A stretch of 64,000 nt of DNA from the human T2T-CHM13v2.0 reference genome, Homo sapiens, in the NCBI RefSeq assembly GCF_009914755.1, contig NC_060934.1; one strand, 5' to 3'. Positions within the stretch are counted from its first letter, which is position 1, and each line of letters opens with the position of its first letter. The position numbers were made by a program, and so were the translations under genes. Under the pieces are notes generated by a model. The model was not told the DNA's origin, ran no database searches, and saw nothing but the letters and a program-made list of their open reading frames with translations. This document shows, piece after piece, positions 45,971 to 60,113 of this stretch.

Positions 45971-48900
45971 GTAACTGGGGAAGAAGCTAAACAAGAATCA
46001 TTGGAGACTTCTAATCTTGTGCTTTCGGGTATTGGAAGTACACAAACTAATGGACCTTCTGTTCCTAGTGAAGAAGAAATTGTTCAGCCACTGGATAGCA
46101 CAAGAGTGGCTTCTTACAGTGGCACTGTTACTCAAGCCACATTCACCAGGACTTACGATGGGCCTGGCAGTCAGCCAGTGATATGTCAGAGCTCTGTGTA
46201 CGGCACCCTTGAAAACAAAGTGGATATTCTTGATGCAGCAGTGCAAACAAAAACAGGTACTTTACAGGACCTTATCCAACATGGCAGCCCCATAAACAAT
46301 GAATGTCACCCTTCCTTGGAAAGAAAGGATGATAATATGGGGTGTGCAGTGATTAACCCGGAACCAATTACTCTCACCTTTGAAAAAAATGCACATGTAC
46401 CAATACAGACAGAAGGTGTAAATACTGCTGATGAACCTACAACCTTTAAGAAGGAGTTGATTAAGCAAGTATCACCTGCTGCAAGCCTTAGACATCCTGT
46501 ATCCACCTCGGAAAATGCACGAACACAAGGCCTGAGGGACATTCCCTCTCTAGTAGTTGCAGGACAGAAGGGCACTAAGTACCTTTGTGCCTCGTCAGTA
46601 GGTGGAGAGACACTTGATAAAGCAGTGTGTTCATTACAGAAGGAGACGCCCCTTCCAGTCTCTCTACCATCTGATAAAACAATGGTCATGGAGGCACTAT
46701 CATTAGCTAAAAGTTCTAGTCATCTATCACCCAGTGAAGAAGTGAGATGCACTCAGGATTTCCTTTCACAGACTCAGAGTCTCCTCGGCCTATCTTCAGA
46801 AGGGCTTCTAGAACTGACACAGGTTGAAGTGGACTCATCATCAGCCTCTACCACCTTGGGAAGGCAGTGTTCACTTAACTGCATTTCGTCAGGATGCCAC
46901 ACATCAGGTGACTCTTTAGAACTAAGGAAGAATCACAAGAATGGTCCAAACACTGAAAATATGAATTTGGAAGCGTTTGATTCAGTATTTATCAAACAAA
47001 CAAGCCTGTCTGTGAGTAGAGAGGTCAGCCTAGAGTTATCAGAGGAAGATTCTGACATTGACTTAGCTCTAACAATATCACCACCTACAAGTCCCAGAGA
47101 AGAAATGCCAGCTGGTGAAATAGAGCAATTTGAGGAGGCCCCATTCTCAAATTTAGAACTTCAGGATGTAGCTGAGGAAATAGGTGAACCGGAAGAGGTG
47201 GCTCTCACAGAAAGCAGAGAAGTGAGTTCTGCTGACAATGTGTCAGTATATCCCTCAGTGTCAGAAGAACCAGTAGAAAATAAGGAGAGAAAGGGGGATA
47301 ATTTACAACCAGTTACTTTAATACTTTCTAAAGAAAATTGCACCCTTGAGATTGCAGAGGAAATTAATGTGACCTCTGATTTTCCCTTTGATTCTGTAAT
47401 TGAAGAAGTATCACCAGCGTCTAGTCCTGAACCTCCAGTACCAGTTAAAGAGACACGACCATATCAGGCTGTGACTCCATGCATTTTAAAACTTCATGGT
47501 ACACAGTGTGAGAAGAGCAACCAAATCTCCCAATGTGAGTCAGAAGACTTAGGCATAACAGAAAAAGAAAATGTTTTTGTTGGTCCTACCCATCCAGTGG
47601 GGCAAGATAACTTTACCCAGGTACAACAAATGCAGGTCTCTGCCGAAATGCCTCTAATATTAACTGATCATCCAGGAAGAACAGGTAGACCAACCCTTCC
47701 TGGTAAAGTAACTGAGGAAATTGTCTCAAGTGAGCATGATGAGGGTTTATCTTTCTCAGGAAAGGTGCAGTGCTATGGTAGGGAGTTAAACCAGCCTGCC
47801 TCAGCTGCCAAATGCACAGGTGACTTCAGTCCTTCTCCTGAAAAACTGGTAAAATCAGGAAATCCATTGCAGCCAGTTAGTATAGAGAATAGAAATTTGG
47901 ACTTAAAACATCTTGTCTTGGAGTCCAGTGAACCTCCATTTGGTCCTAGAAATGTTATTGAAAATAAGTCTTTGTCTGACACATTGGTTTCCACAACTGC
48001 ACCAAGTGGTATAGTGAATGTGTCAGTAAAACAGCAGACTAGCCCTAAAAGCAGTCAGAACCATCTCTTTCCCGGTGATTTGAAAACAGATGAAGGCATT
48101 TATCTGCAGGTGAAGTCCTTGACAGCTGCCTCGGTTGATGGAGCTTATTCTACACAGGGATGCATGTGCTCAGTGGTCCCCACGCTTTGTTCTTCCTCAG
48201 ACAATGCTACATTAACCCATTATGTAAGACCAATAAATGCAGAGCCAGCGTTTCAAGCACAGGAAATACCAGCAGGCAGAATGGCCAGTTTGCTTAAGAA
48301 TGGTGAGCCTGAAGCTGAGTTACATAAAGAAACCACAGGTCCAGGCACTGCTGGCCCTCAGTCCAACACCACATCTTCTCTAAAAGGTGAACGCAAAGCC
48401 ATCCACACGCTGCAAGATGTGTCAACATGTGAAACAAAGGAGCTATTGAATGTCGGGGTTTCCTCCCTTTGTGCTGGTCCCTACCAAAATACAGCAGACA
48501 CCAAGGAAAACCTCAGTAAAGAGCCTTTGGCCTCCTTTGTTTCAGAATCCTTTGATACTTCTGTTTGTGGAATAGCCACAGAGCACGTAGAAATTGAGAA
48601 CAGTGGGGAGGGGCTCAGGGCTGAGGCTGGTTCTGAAACCCTAGGCAGAGATGGAGAGGTCGGTGTGAATTCCGACATGCACTATGAACTCTCTGGAGAT
48701 TCTGATCTAGACCTGCTTGGTGATTGTAGAAATCCCAGACTGGATTTGGAGGATTCTTATACTTTAAGAGGTAGTTACACCAGGAAAAAAGATGTTCCCA
48801 CAGATGGCTATGAGTCGTCGTTGAACTTCCACAACAACAACCAAGAGGACTGGGGCTGCTCTAGCTGGGTTCCAGGCATGGAGACGAGCCTCCCTCCCGG

Positions 48901-49819
48901 GCACTGGACTGCTGCGGTAAAGAAAGAAGAGAAGTGTGTGCCGCCTTACGTCCAAATCCGAGATCTCCACGGGATCCTCAGGACTTACGCCAACTTCTCT
49001 ATAACAAAAGAACTCAAAGATACCATGAGAACTTCACACGGCCTGAGGAGGCACCCGAGTTTCAGTGCAAACTGTGGCCTGCCCAGCTCCTGGACAAGCA
49101 CTTGGCAGGTGGCAGACGACCTCACCCAGAACACTTTAGACCTGGAGTATCTGCGTTTTGCACATAAACTAAAACAGACCATAAAGAATGGGGATTCTCA
49201 GCATTCTGCCTCCTCTGCCAATGTCTTTCCAAAGGAGTCACCAACCCAGATCTCCATTGGTGCTTTCCCTTCGACAAAAATCTCTGAGGCCCCATTTCTG
49301 CATCCTGCACCTAGGAGCAGAAGCCCCCTTCTGGTAACAGTTGTGGAGTCAGATCCCAGACCACAGGGGCAGCCCAGGAGAGGCTACACAGCCAGCAGTC
49401 TGGACAGCTCTTCCTCTTGGAGAGAGAGATGTAGTCATAATAGAGATCTTAGAAATTCTCAAAGAAATCACACTGTTTCATTCCACCTCAACAAACTGAA
49501 ATACAACAGTACTGTGAAGGAATCTCGGAATGATATTTCACTTATTCTCAATGAGTATGCTGAATTCAACAAGGTGATGAAGAATAGCAACCAATTCATT
49601 TTCCAAGACAAAGAGCTAAATGATGTTTCTGGAGAAGCCACTGCTCAAGAGATGTATCTGCCTTTCCCAGGACGGTCAGCCTCCTATGAAGACATAATCA
49701 TAGACGTGTGCACCAATTTGCACGTCAAACTAAGAAGTGTTGTGAAAGAGGCTTGTAAAAGTACCTTCCTGTTCTACCTTGTCGAAACAGAAGACAAATC
49801 ATTCTTTGTAAGAACAAAG
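45971..49819 (+). CDS. TASOR2: TASOR2 giant exon (3849 nt, 1283 codons), mostly S/E/T/P-rich and likely disordered, with more structured C-terminal part
   Basis: ORF 46001-49861; poly-T tract + gtttcag acceptor, AAG|gtaaag donor; phase 0/0. Confidence 0.97.
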
Positions 49820-50402
49820 GTAAAGTGCCAGCCACGTCTTACGTATTATTTTAATTGCTGATTTTAGTTTTAGAAATAATAAATTTAGCATATTAGCCAT
49901 CAAAAAGAAATCATGGTATGACATAGTATTTAAATTTCACAGCTTAGTCTTTATCTGCATACTAAATGTTTTCCTGCAGGATCTGCCATTTGTACTATAT
50001 TTGAAAATTAGTATTATGTTCCAGAATTAGGGCAATGACTAATTTTTTTTCACAAAAAGTTACCAGTGTAGACATGCCCATACTTCAAGTGTAAATACAA
50101 ACACATTCCGATGTTAAAATACAGATTTTTTGAAAAGTGGTTGTAGATTGTCCGTTAGTGTGGGTGGTCAAGTAGGACCTCTTTTGGTTTTGGATATATT
50201 TTTAATTTGAATTTGAATGTTAGGATAACTGATGTTACGGTGAGTACATGGAGTACATAGTCCTTAAATTTAAGTAATGGAACCATGGTGAAATTCTGGC
50301 ATGGGCGGAGCCTGTCTTGATTGAACCTGTCTTGATTCACCATTAACTTCATTGTTTTATCCTCCCAGAATTTATTTCTCTTCTATTTCGGGCATAGACA
50401 GT

Positions 50403-51760
50403 ATTTTTAAAAATTTAATTGTTTTTAATTTCAAATTTACATAAAGGTTGCAGAAATAGTACCCTTTACCCAGATACCCCAATATTAACATTTCTGAACC
50501 ATTTGCAAATGTGTTGCACACACAGTGTCCCATTACCTCTTGATACTTAAATGTGTATTACCTGAGTTCAAGGATCCTCATCTTTTTAACCACAGAACAA
50601 CCCTGTGCATCAGGAAGTTCATATAATATTAATTAAAGTGACCATCTCCATTAACCTCATCTAGGTCTAGGATCATAGGTGTCTAGAATTGTCATGTCTT
50701 CAGTCTGCAATAGTTCCTCTGTTATTCCTTGTCTTTTATGACCTTAACAGTTTTGAAGACTGTAGGCCAGTTATTTGGTGGAATTTCCTTCCGTTTGTGT
50801 TCATGTGTTGTTTCTCCATGACTTAGGCATTTTAGATGAGAATACTCAGATATCATGTAGTGCTCTTGTCAGTGCATTCATTGTATCAGGAGGCACCCGA
50901 TGTTGATTTATCCCCTTACTGGTATATTAACCTTTTCACTTGGTTAAGATGATTTCTGCCAGGTTTCTCCAGTGTAAAGTTATGTTGAACTTAGTAATAA
51001 GTTGGGAGCTAACTTGAGACTGTGTAAAATCCTATTCCTTATCAGACTTTTATCCACTAGATTTAACATCGACTGGTGATTCTTATCTGAATCAGTTATT
51101 ACTATGATGATTGCCAAATAGTGATACTGAAATTCCACCAGATTCCTTCTGCATTTATTAGTTGGTATTCGGCTGTAGAATAGAGCTTTCCCTTATTTTC
51201 CATTCATCTATTCATTTGCTTATCTGTATCACTATGGACCATGGCACATTTTGTTTTACTTAAAGGGTTATCATCTGTTTCTTCATTATTTTAATACTTA
51301 GATTGTCCCAGACCCAGCCAGTGGGAGTCCCTTTAAGTTGGCTTCTGTGTCCTTTTGACAATTCGCCATAATTCTTCGGGCACTTCTTTACTTTGGGGTG
51401 TAACATAATGTTCCAGGCTTATCGTGTATTTTCCTTGCCCTAGTCTTGAAGTCAAGCATTTCTCCAAGGAGCTGTGACTCTTTAGTGAAGAATGGCATTT
51501 AGAACCACCATCTAGGCACTGCGTGAATGAACTCAGTGTCACTTGGTGTCTTTGCTTCTAGGTCCTCTCAGCACATAAAGCCAAGAAATATACATATGTA
51601 CATACGTATATCTACATCTCTATTTATGTATAAAAAGCAAAAACAGAGGAGTTCACACTCATCCCCAATTCTAGTCCAGTACTGCCAGGTTTGTGCTAGC
51701 CTCCTTCTCCATGTGTGGAGCTCCCTTCTCTGAGGTTGACTCTGTTTATCCTCAGTGTTT
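50403..51760 (-). mobile_element. Old L1 (L1MC/ME-like) 3'UTR fragment
   Basis: cttttcacttggttaagatgatttctgccaggtttctcc and catttctccaaggagc motifs. Confidence 0.65.
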
Positions 51761-52169
51761 TGACTTATTGTCCCTCCCAAGTCCCCCTCCCCCATCCTCC
51801 TCCCAACCCCAGGTATAATGAGACCCCTCACTGAGGCACTAATCCTGACCTCCTGAAACTCCCTGACCTGAGCGCGGGCCAGCTGCCCTCCCCCTACCCT
51901 TGCAGCAGAAAGCTCCATTCAGATGTCAGCAGTCCTGTTTAGTATCTACCTCAGAGCCCCAACATGTGCAGGTGGGGGGGATGTTGCTTTTTTGTCATGA
52001 TTCTTATAGTCTAATGGGACAAGGAAAACACTGATTAAAAGAGTCACACAAATAAATGTGAAATGAAAGTGATGGTAAATGTGACGCAGGTGCCACGAGG
52101 ACGCATTGAGGGTGATTGGCCTGGCCGGGGAGGTCTTTGCTCAGGAAGTGCTGCAGCACAGAAAGCAGA

Positions 52170-52410
52170 GCATAGGGGCCTGCAGGCCGCGTGCAAAACT
52201 GGACGTGCCGTGTGTCGGTTCCACACATGAGGGGCCTGCAGGCCACGTGCAGGCCGTGTGTCGGCTCCACATGCCCACTGGGTCTGTCTCAGACTTCACT
52301 TACGTCACTTCTGCTGATTTCCTGCGCTAACTCCAGAATGTCACGTGGCGAGTCCATGGGGGCTGGATTACTGAGTAACGAGTTACTTAGTAATGAAGGA
52401 CACGTGTCCC
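52170..52410. promoter_or_regulatory. Candidate intronic enhancer: three CACGTG E-boxes, CRE-like site, bZIP-like palindromes
   Basis: CACGTG at 52244, 52342, 52401; TTACGTCA at 52300; locally GC/CpG-rich. Confidence 0.35.
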
Positions 52411-53097
52411 TTATTGTCACAGTGTCCCCTGGGTGCAGGGTCACAAGACCACTTCTCATCTGGAGTACTAAGGCCACTGCAGAAACCACAGAGCTGCATA
52501 AAGATTTCTTGGTCTGCCCTGCTCTTCTCATATGGAGGTGTGTAGCTGGCAAACACCACAGGGAACAGCCTCCTTGTGCCAGAGGGCTGGTCAGAGTGAG
52601 TGAGCCATGTCAGCCAGAGGCTCAGGCTGGGCTGTGGGAGAGAACAGCCTCACGCCTCATATGGCAGTGGCAGGGCCTTAAGTCACACTGAGCTATTTAG
52701 ACTTCATCCTGAGGTCGCTGGGAGCCACTGGAAAGGTTCTGTTAGGTTTTTTCCTCCTAACCACTAGACCGCCAGAGATGAAGTTTTCTAAAAGATGTTT
52801 TTAAAGGTTTTTTTTTCAAGTGAAGCAGGCGGAGTAGGGAAGGATTTTTTAAATTCTTTAAAAACTGGTTGTGATTTGTTGTAAAAGATCCTTTAAGAAA
52901 GAAGTAGCATCATATTTGCATTTTAGGACGATATCTTAGCGGATGGAGAAGAGATTGGAAAAATGACAGTCACTGCCTTAACGTGAAACTCCATTGTTGC
53001 TAGAGTCACAGCTCTGTTCTGCAAGGTGGCTCCTATTTTGAGTCAACTAACTATGACTGTAAATGTTTTCTTCAAACTTGTGGAAGCTGCTCTTTAG

Positions 53098-53451
<354 letters not shown>

Positions 53452-53819
53452 TGTTTGCCGAGATTCTTAATGAATGGTTGCCGGATTTGGTTTTATATTC
53501 CCTCTGTTGTCTTTGCTCCAAGTTCCTTGCCATTTCGGTAAGCAGCACTGTAGTTGAAAAGTTATTGAATGGTCTTCACTCTCTTCAGTCTTTGGGAAGG
53601 CCCTCAGCCTCCAAAAGCAATCTGGAAATCAGTTTAGTTTTTTTCTTTTACCTTGAATTCAGGTTAATTTTATTTGATTAATTATACATCCTCTACCCTG
53701 ACATGAGATAGAGTGACTCTAGAATCAACCAAGTCAGCATCATGGTCACGTACACGTTTTGGCACAGTGAGCAAAATACTTGGTTTCTTTCAGCTTCCAT
53801 CTTCTCAAAAAGCAACAGA

Positions 53820-54076
53820 GGGTGCAGTGCTCATGCCTGTAATCCCAGCACTTTGGGAGGCCGAGGCAGGTGGATCACCTGAAGTCAGGAGTTGGAGACC
53901 AGCCTAGCCAATATAGTGAAACCCCGTCTCTACTAAAAATAAAAAAATTAGCCGGGTGTGGCGGCGCGCGCTTGTGGTACTCGGGAGGCTAAGGCAGGAG
54001 AATCACTTGAACCCAGGATGTGGAGGTTGTAGTAAGCCACTGTGCTCCCAGCCTGCCCGACAGAGTGAGACTCCAC
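53820..54076 (+). mobile_element. AluS (partly deleted)
   Basis: Dimer with internal deletions. Confidence 0.88.
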
Positions 54077-54182
54077 AACAGAGCAGTAATCTTAGTTCTC
54101 ACTTCCTTTCCAGATGAAGTGATAATGATTTTCATGAAGAAGAGAGCATGGCAATGCTAAGTTTTATTCATAGCAGAAGTAC

Positions 54183-54464
<282 letters not shown>

Positions 54465-54507
54465 TAATATTTTATCACGTGGTGTCACTGTTTACAACAG
54501 AAAATAA

Positions 54508-54939
<432 letters not shown>

Positions 54940-55071
54940 TCAAATAAATGAAGACTAGAGATTTATGCCTAGATATTTCAGTAAGCTCTTCGTTAAATCT
55001 CATAAGAATTTTTTTGAAAATCATACCATATACTTTGAATGAATTGAAATAGTCAGAATTTGAGTTGTTTA

Positions 55072-55373
<302 letters not shown>

Positions 55374-55493
55374 AGATCCAAGGGAAACAGATCAAAGTAA
55401 CACTTCACTTTTATGAAGGAAATAAGTGATGGTCAGGCAGTCTTCTGGGCATAACAGAAACCCAGAATCCTTCAGCCAGATAGTCAATGTCAA

Positions 55494-55791
55494 GGCCAGG
55501 TGCCACGGTTCATGCCCGGAATCCTAGTACTTTGGGAGGCTGAGGTAAGAGAACTGCTTGAGACTAGCTTGGGCAACACTGCTTGAGGCCAGCCTGAGCA
55601 ACATAGACCTCCATTTCTACCAAAAAGAAAAAAAAAGCCGGGCCCAGTGATGTGCACCTGTAGCCCTAGCTACCTGGGAGGCTGAGGTAGGAGGATTGCT
55701 TGAGCCCGGGAGGTCAAAGCTGCAGTGAGCTATGTTCGTTTCACTTTACTGCAGCCTGGGTGACAGAGTGAGACCATGTCTCAAAAAAAAA
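55494..55791 (+). mobile_element. AluJ
   Basis: Diverged dimer. Confidence 0.87.
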
Positions 55792-56403
55792 AGCAAAGAA
55801 ATGTCAAAGTCATAGGGAGTGTAGGATTATAGAATTTATTTAATTACACAAATTTACCCTCCCAGTCAGGATGATTAGGGAGCCATTCTGTGTGTTGATT
55901 GTACTGGGCTGCACTGCAGTGGCACCGTACAATCGCATGCTGTTTCAACTGCATCACCTGTCTTATTCTGAGACGTAGACCCAAGGGACTGCTGACTCCA
56001 AAATCAGTCCCCTTTAATGGTAAAGAAATACATGGGTATTGTTTTTTAAAGCTCTAGAAATGCTTTAACTACAGGTAGCATTTTTAAAGTATATATCTGG
56101 TATTCTCAAGGTAGCTCATGCCTTGAAGCAGATGAAACTCATTTATGTAGATTATTCTGATGTTCTAAAAGAAAATCAGCCTTTGATACTTTATTTACCT
56201 TTGAAATCAACTTCTAAGTCCAGTTGTTAACAATACCTGAGTCATTTATTTTATATATAAAAGGTGCTTATTTAGTAATAAGACAAATTGTCATTTATGG
56301 TTGCCTTATTAGACTATACTGCTTTTCATTATTTTAATAAACTATACAGGTAGTTCTGTGGAAGTACCCTTTTTTTAATAATGGCTATTTGTAAATCTTT
56401 CAG

Positions 56404-56529
56404 AACCTTCTGAGGAAAGGAGGCCATACAGAAATTGAACCTCAGCACTTCTGTCAAGCTTTCCACAGAGAGAATGATACACTAATCATCATCATCAGAA
56501 ATGAAGATATATCATCACATTTGCATCAG
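56404..56529 (+). CDS. TASOR2: TASOR2 exon: [42 protein letters not shown]
   Basis: tctttcag acceptor, CAG|gtcggt donor; resembles TASOR C-terminal alpha/beta region. Confidence 0.93.
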
Positions 56530-57310
56530 GTCGGTTGGAAATACCTTACAAAGAAACGTATTCCAGGCACATAAGTTGTTCTGTAATGCTCAGACTCATC
56601 CCTCTTTTTTTATGTAGAAGAGAAGCTAACAGACATTACTGTTGGGCCTTTAAGTGGGAAGATGGTGTATTATAGAATACTGCAATATTACCAAGTTATT
56701 TGTAGGGCAGATGGTTAAAAAAATCATATTAACTAAGGGAGACTTAGGTGAGAGGTTGCTAAATTTTTTCATCTGAGATATAAATCTGCATCACTTGATG
56801 TCTAACAATAAGAAATCTTGCCTTAAAAGACCTTTTGGAAATTTTCTGAACCATTATATTTACCAGCTAGTTGAATCAAAGTAATTGCTTGTCTCAAGAA
56901 GACCCAACTACGGACAAAGGCTGGGTGCATAAACCTGCCGTCATCAGCAGGCAGTCGTCGGTGCTGGCACCAAGGGGAGCTGGAGACGAATGACGGCGAA
57001 GTGAGGTGACCTCACTTTTCAGTGCCCACAACCTCAGATGTGTCCTCTTCCCTCATGACGTGTTATTTCCAACCTTTGGGAGTTTGAGACCTTTTTTTAA
57101 TGAACTAATTTTGTTGAGTTTGCAGCCCCTGGTGATGATGAGCTCAGTTAATATGCCTCATGCAGGGCAGAATGACCAGTCGGTAATCCAGGTTGAAATA
57201 TTTTCAGTTGTTCCTGAACCTTGACTCTCTTGGATAGAAAAGCAAGGGAGTGTCTAAGAAAATGTGCCCAGTGAGCCTCTCTTCACCGGGGTCCTTTTTG
57301 TGTCATGCAG

Positions 57311-57464
57311 ATTCCTTCTTTGCTGAAGCTGAAGCATTTCCCCAGTGTCATCTTTGCTGGAGTAGACAGCCCTGGAGATGTTCTTGATCACACCTACCAA
57401 GAACTGTTTCGTGCAGGAGGCTTTGTGATATCAGATGACAAGATACTAGAAGCTGTAACATTAG
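57311..57464 (+). CDS. TASOR2: TASOR2 exon: [51 protein letters not shown]
   Basis: ORF 57305-57523; catgcag acceptor, TAG|gttggt donor. Confidence 0.94.
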
Positions 57465-58033
57465 GTTGGTCTTTATTTTCTTTTCCTGTTTCTTTGAAGT
57501 CAGATCAACTTCTCACCCAGTGACCTAAATACTGTTTCATCCAAAAGAAATGATCAACTCTAAGGAATATCAGTTGCCCCCTACTGAGGCATAATTTCTG
57601 CTGTCTGCTGTGCTCTTTTCATACAGTGATTCTCTTATAGCAATGCTTTTCACCTCTTTTAACTGATTCTTACCACCACACTTGCTTCTGAGTTCCCTCC
57701 CTCTCGGTAGTGCAGCTAAGCTCCTAGTAACACAAATTCAGGATTTTATTATATTTAGTCTCTTCACTTGCCAAGTCAGAGCAGCTCCATATTAAATTGT
57801 TTGCTTAAAGTCAACCTTCTCCATTTCTGATGTCAACACCCCTACCATCTTGATGTCACAAAAATCTAAAAAATGGCTACTAAGTCAGCTTATTTAATCA
57901 TCTACTTGAAAACTCATACTTTACTTCTCTCAGGGCACTTTTATGTATAAAACCTGCCCCGGCTCTGATCACATTGGAAGTGATACCACTTCTAGATCAA
58001 AAGCAGCATGTACCTTAACCAGTGTGACTTCTA

Positions 58034-58396
<363 letters not shown>

Positions 58397-58677
58397 TCAC
58401 ACAATTTGTACACAGAACTCTAGTTGCTGGTGACCACTCCACTGTGTTCGTGTCTACAGAGTTATCTCCCACCATAGTGTGAGCAGGTGGGACCAGGCTG
58501 AGGGGCTTGTGAGAGCAGGATGCTGCCCAACCACATAAGTGACAGTGATGGTGTGTACTCAACCATGGGTCTTAGTCTGTTTTTTTCTTGTTTTACAAAT
58601 AATTATCACTGGGCTTGGCATGAGCCAAAAGTACCTTAAACTTGTCATCTTCTTTTGCTACATTTATTGTTTTGTAG

Positions 58678-58783
58678 TTCAACTGAAGGAAATTATCAAA
58701 ATCCTGGAAAAACTAAATGGAAATGGAAGATGGAAGTGGTTGCTTCACTACAGGGAAAATAAAAAGCTAAAAGAAGATGAAAG
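58678..58783 (+). CDS. TASOR2: TASOR2 exon: [34 protein letters not shown] (PIN-like C-terminal domain)
   Basis: ORF 58539-58787; tttgtag acceptor, AAG|gtaagg donor. Confidence 0.94.
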
Positions 58784-59821
58784 GTAAGGACTTGCTGTGT
58801 GTATGGTTCCTCCTGCCCTGCTGGGGTAGCAGAGAAACGCCTCATGTTCCATGGGCTCTAGCCTAGTGCTGCAGTGGAATGGCCTTCATCAGTAAAGAGC
58901 ATGAGGGCTGCTGGCTCTGTATTCAATGAAGGAAGCTATGTGCTGTGACCGTAGCCAACAGTATGAGGCATGTACTTATCTAGACTAACAGAAGTAAGGG
59001 AGTCAAACTTAGCAGTCATGAAATGTCCATATTCTATTTAAGCCCTACTACTACAAACTTTAAAAAATATATGGAACTTGTACCATTAATGCTTTTTTGG
59101 ATACTTATAAGTTGCCACCACTTTAAGGAGAATGGAAAAATTAAGACCATAATCTATCCTTAATTCAGTTGTACCCTAAAAGAAGAGGCTTATAAATACG
59201 CAAACTTCACTAAGTCTAAAGCTGTAATTTATAAAAGAAAAAAATACATGTTTGATTCCTTGGCTGAAGAGAGCTGGGGCTGAGAGATTCCTCCACATTC
59301 TCACAAGCAGGACCAATTGGAAAAGCAGACCTGACAAGCCCTTGTGAAATAAGGATTTCAGGCACTGTTAGGTGCATCCATTTTCATTCAGACTTCATCC
59401 CCAGGAGCTAGATAGCAAATCCTCACTTTTATAATGCAGAACTGAAGCAGAGTAGATAACAAACATGACCAAGGTCAAACAAGTAGTAAGTTATGAAGCT
59501 GGGTTTCAATCCCAGAAAGACGAAACGACTGTTAGCTGTATGTGACCTTTGAGGAACAGAATCTCAGAAAGCTTTTCTCTTGAAGTGGAGCTAGCAAAGG
59601 AGAGAAGGAGCACAGAGGTTTCCTTGGCAGGAAAGGAGGGTGCAAAGGCTTCAGCAGGTCAAGGGTATGACCATTCACAGCGGACTTCAGTAACCAGCAC
59701 TTGAGGGGAAAAACGTCAACTTCGGTAAGTAGAGAAGCACATTTAAGGTTCTGATGTACCACAGCACACCTATAAAATAAGCATAAATCAATCTAGCACT
59801 TCTAGGGCTTTGGGTAGAGAA

Positions 59822-60113
59822 AGTCATGTCACTTAACGACGGGGATACAGCCTGAGAAACGTCATAAGACGATTTTGTCTATGTGCAGACATAGAGTGTA
59901 CTTACACAAACTGATATGGTAGAGCCTACTCCTAGATTGCAAACCTGTACATGTGACTGTACTGAATACTGTAGGCAGATTTAATGCAATGGTGGTATCT
60001 GTGTGTCTAAACACAAAAAAGGTTCAGTAAATTACAGTAGTATAATTTTATGGGACCACCATTGTATATGTGGTCCGTCATTGACTGAAACATCATTATG
60101 TGGTACATGCCCG
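59822..60113. mobile_element. Tigger3a/MER7A DNA transposon
   Basis: agtcatg...ttaacgacggggatac...tatgggaccaccattgtatatgtggtccgtcattgactgaaac. Confidence 0.85.

Noticed and set aside
45998-49310. Many antisense and alternate-frame ORFs over the giant exon
   Set aside because: Expected shadow ORFs of a long coding exon; short, with no independent signals
52191-52691. 166-aa + strand ORF in intron
   Set aside because: Begins at a non-ATG codon in a GC-richer patch where stops are rarer; no splice context or recognisable domain
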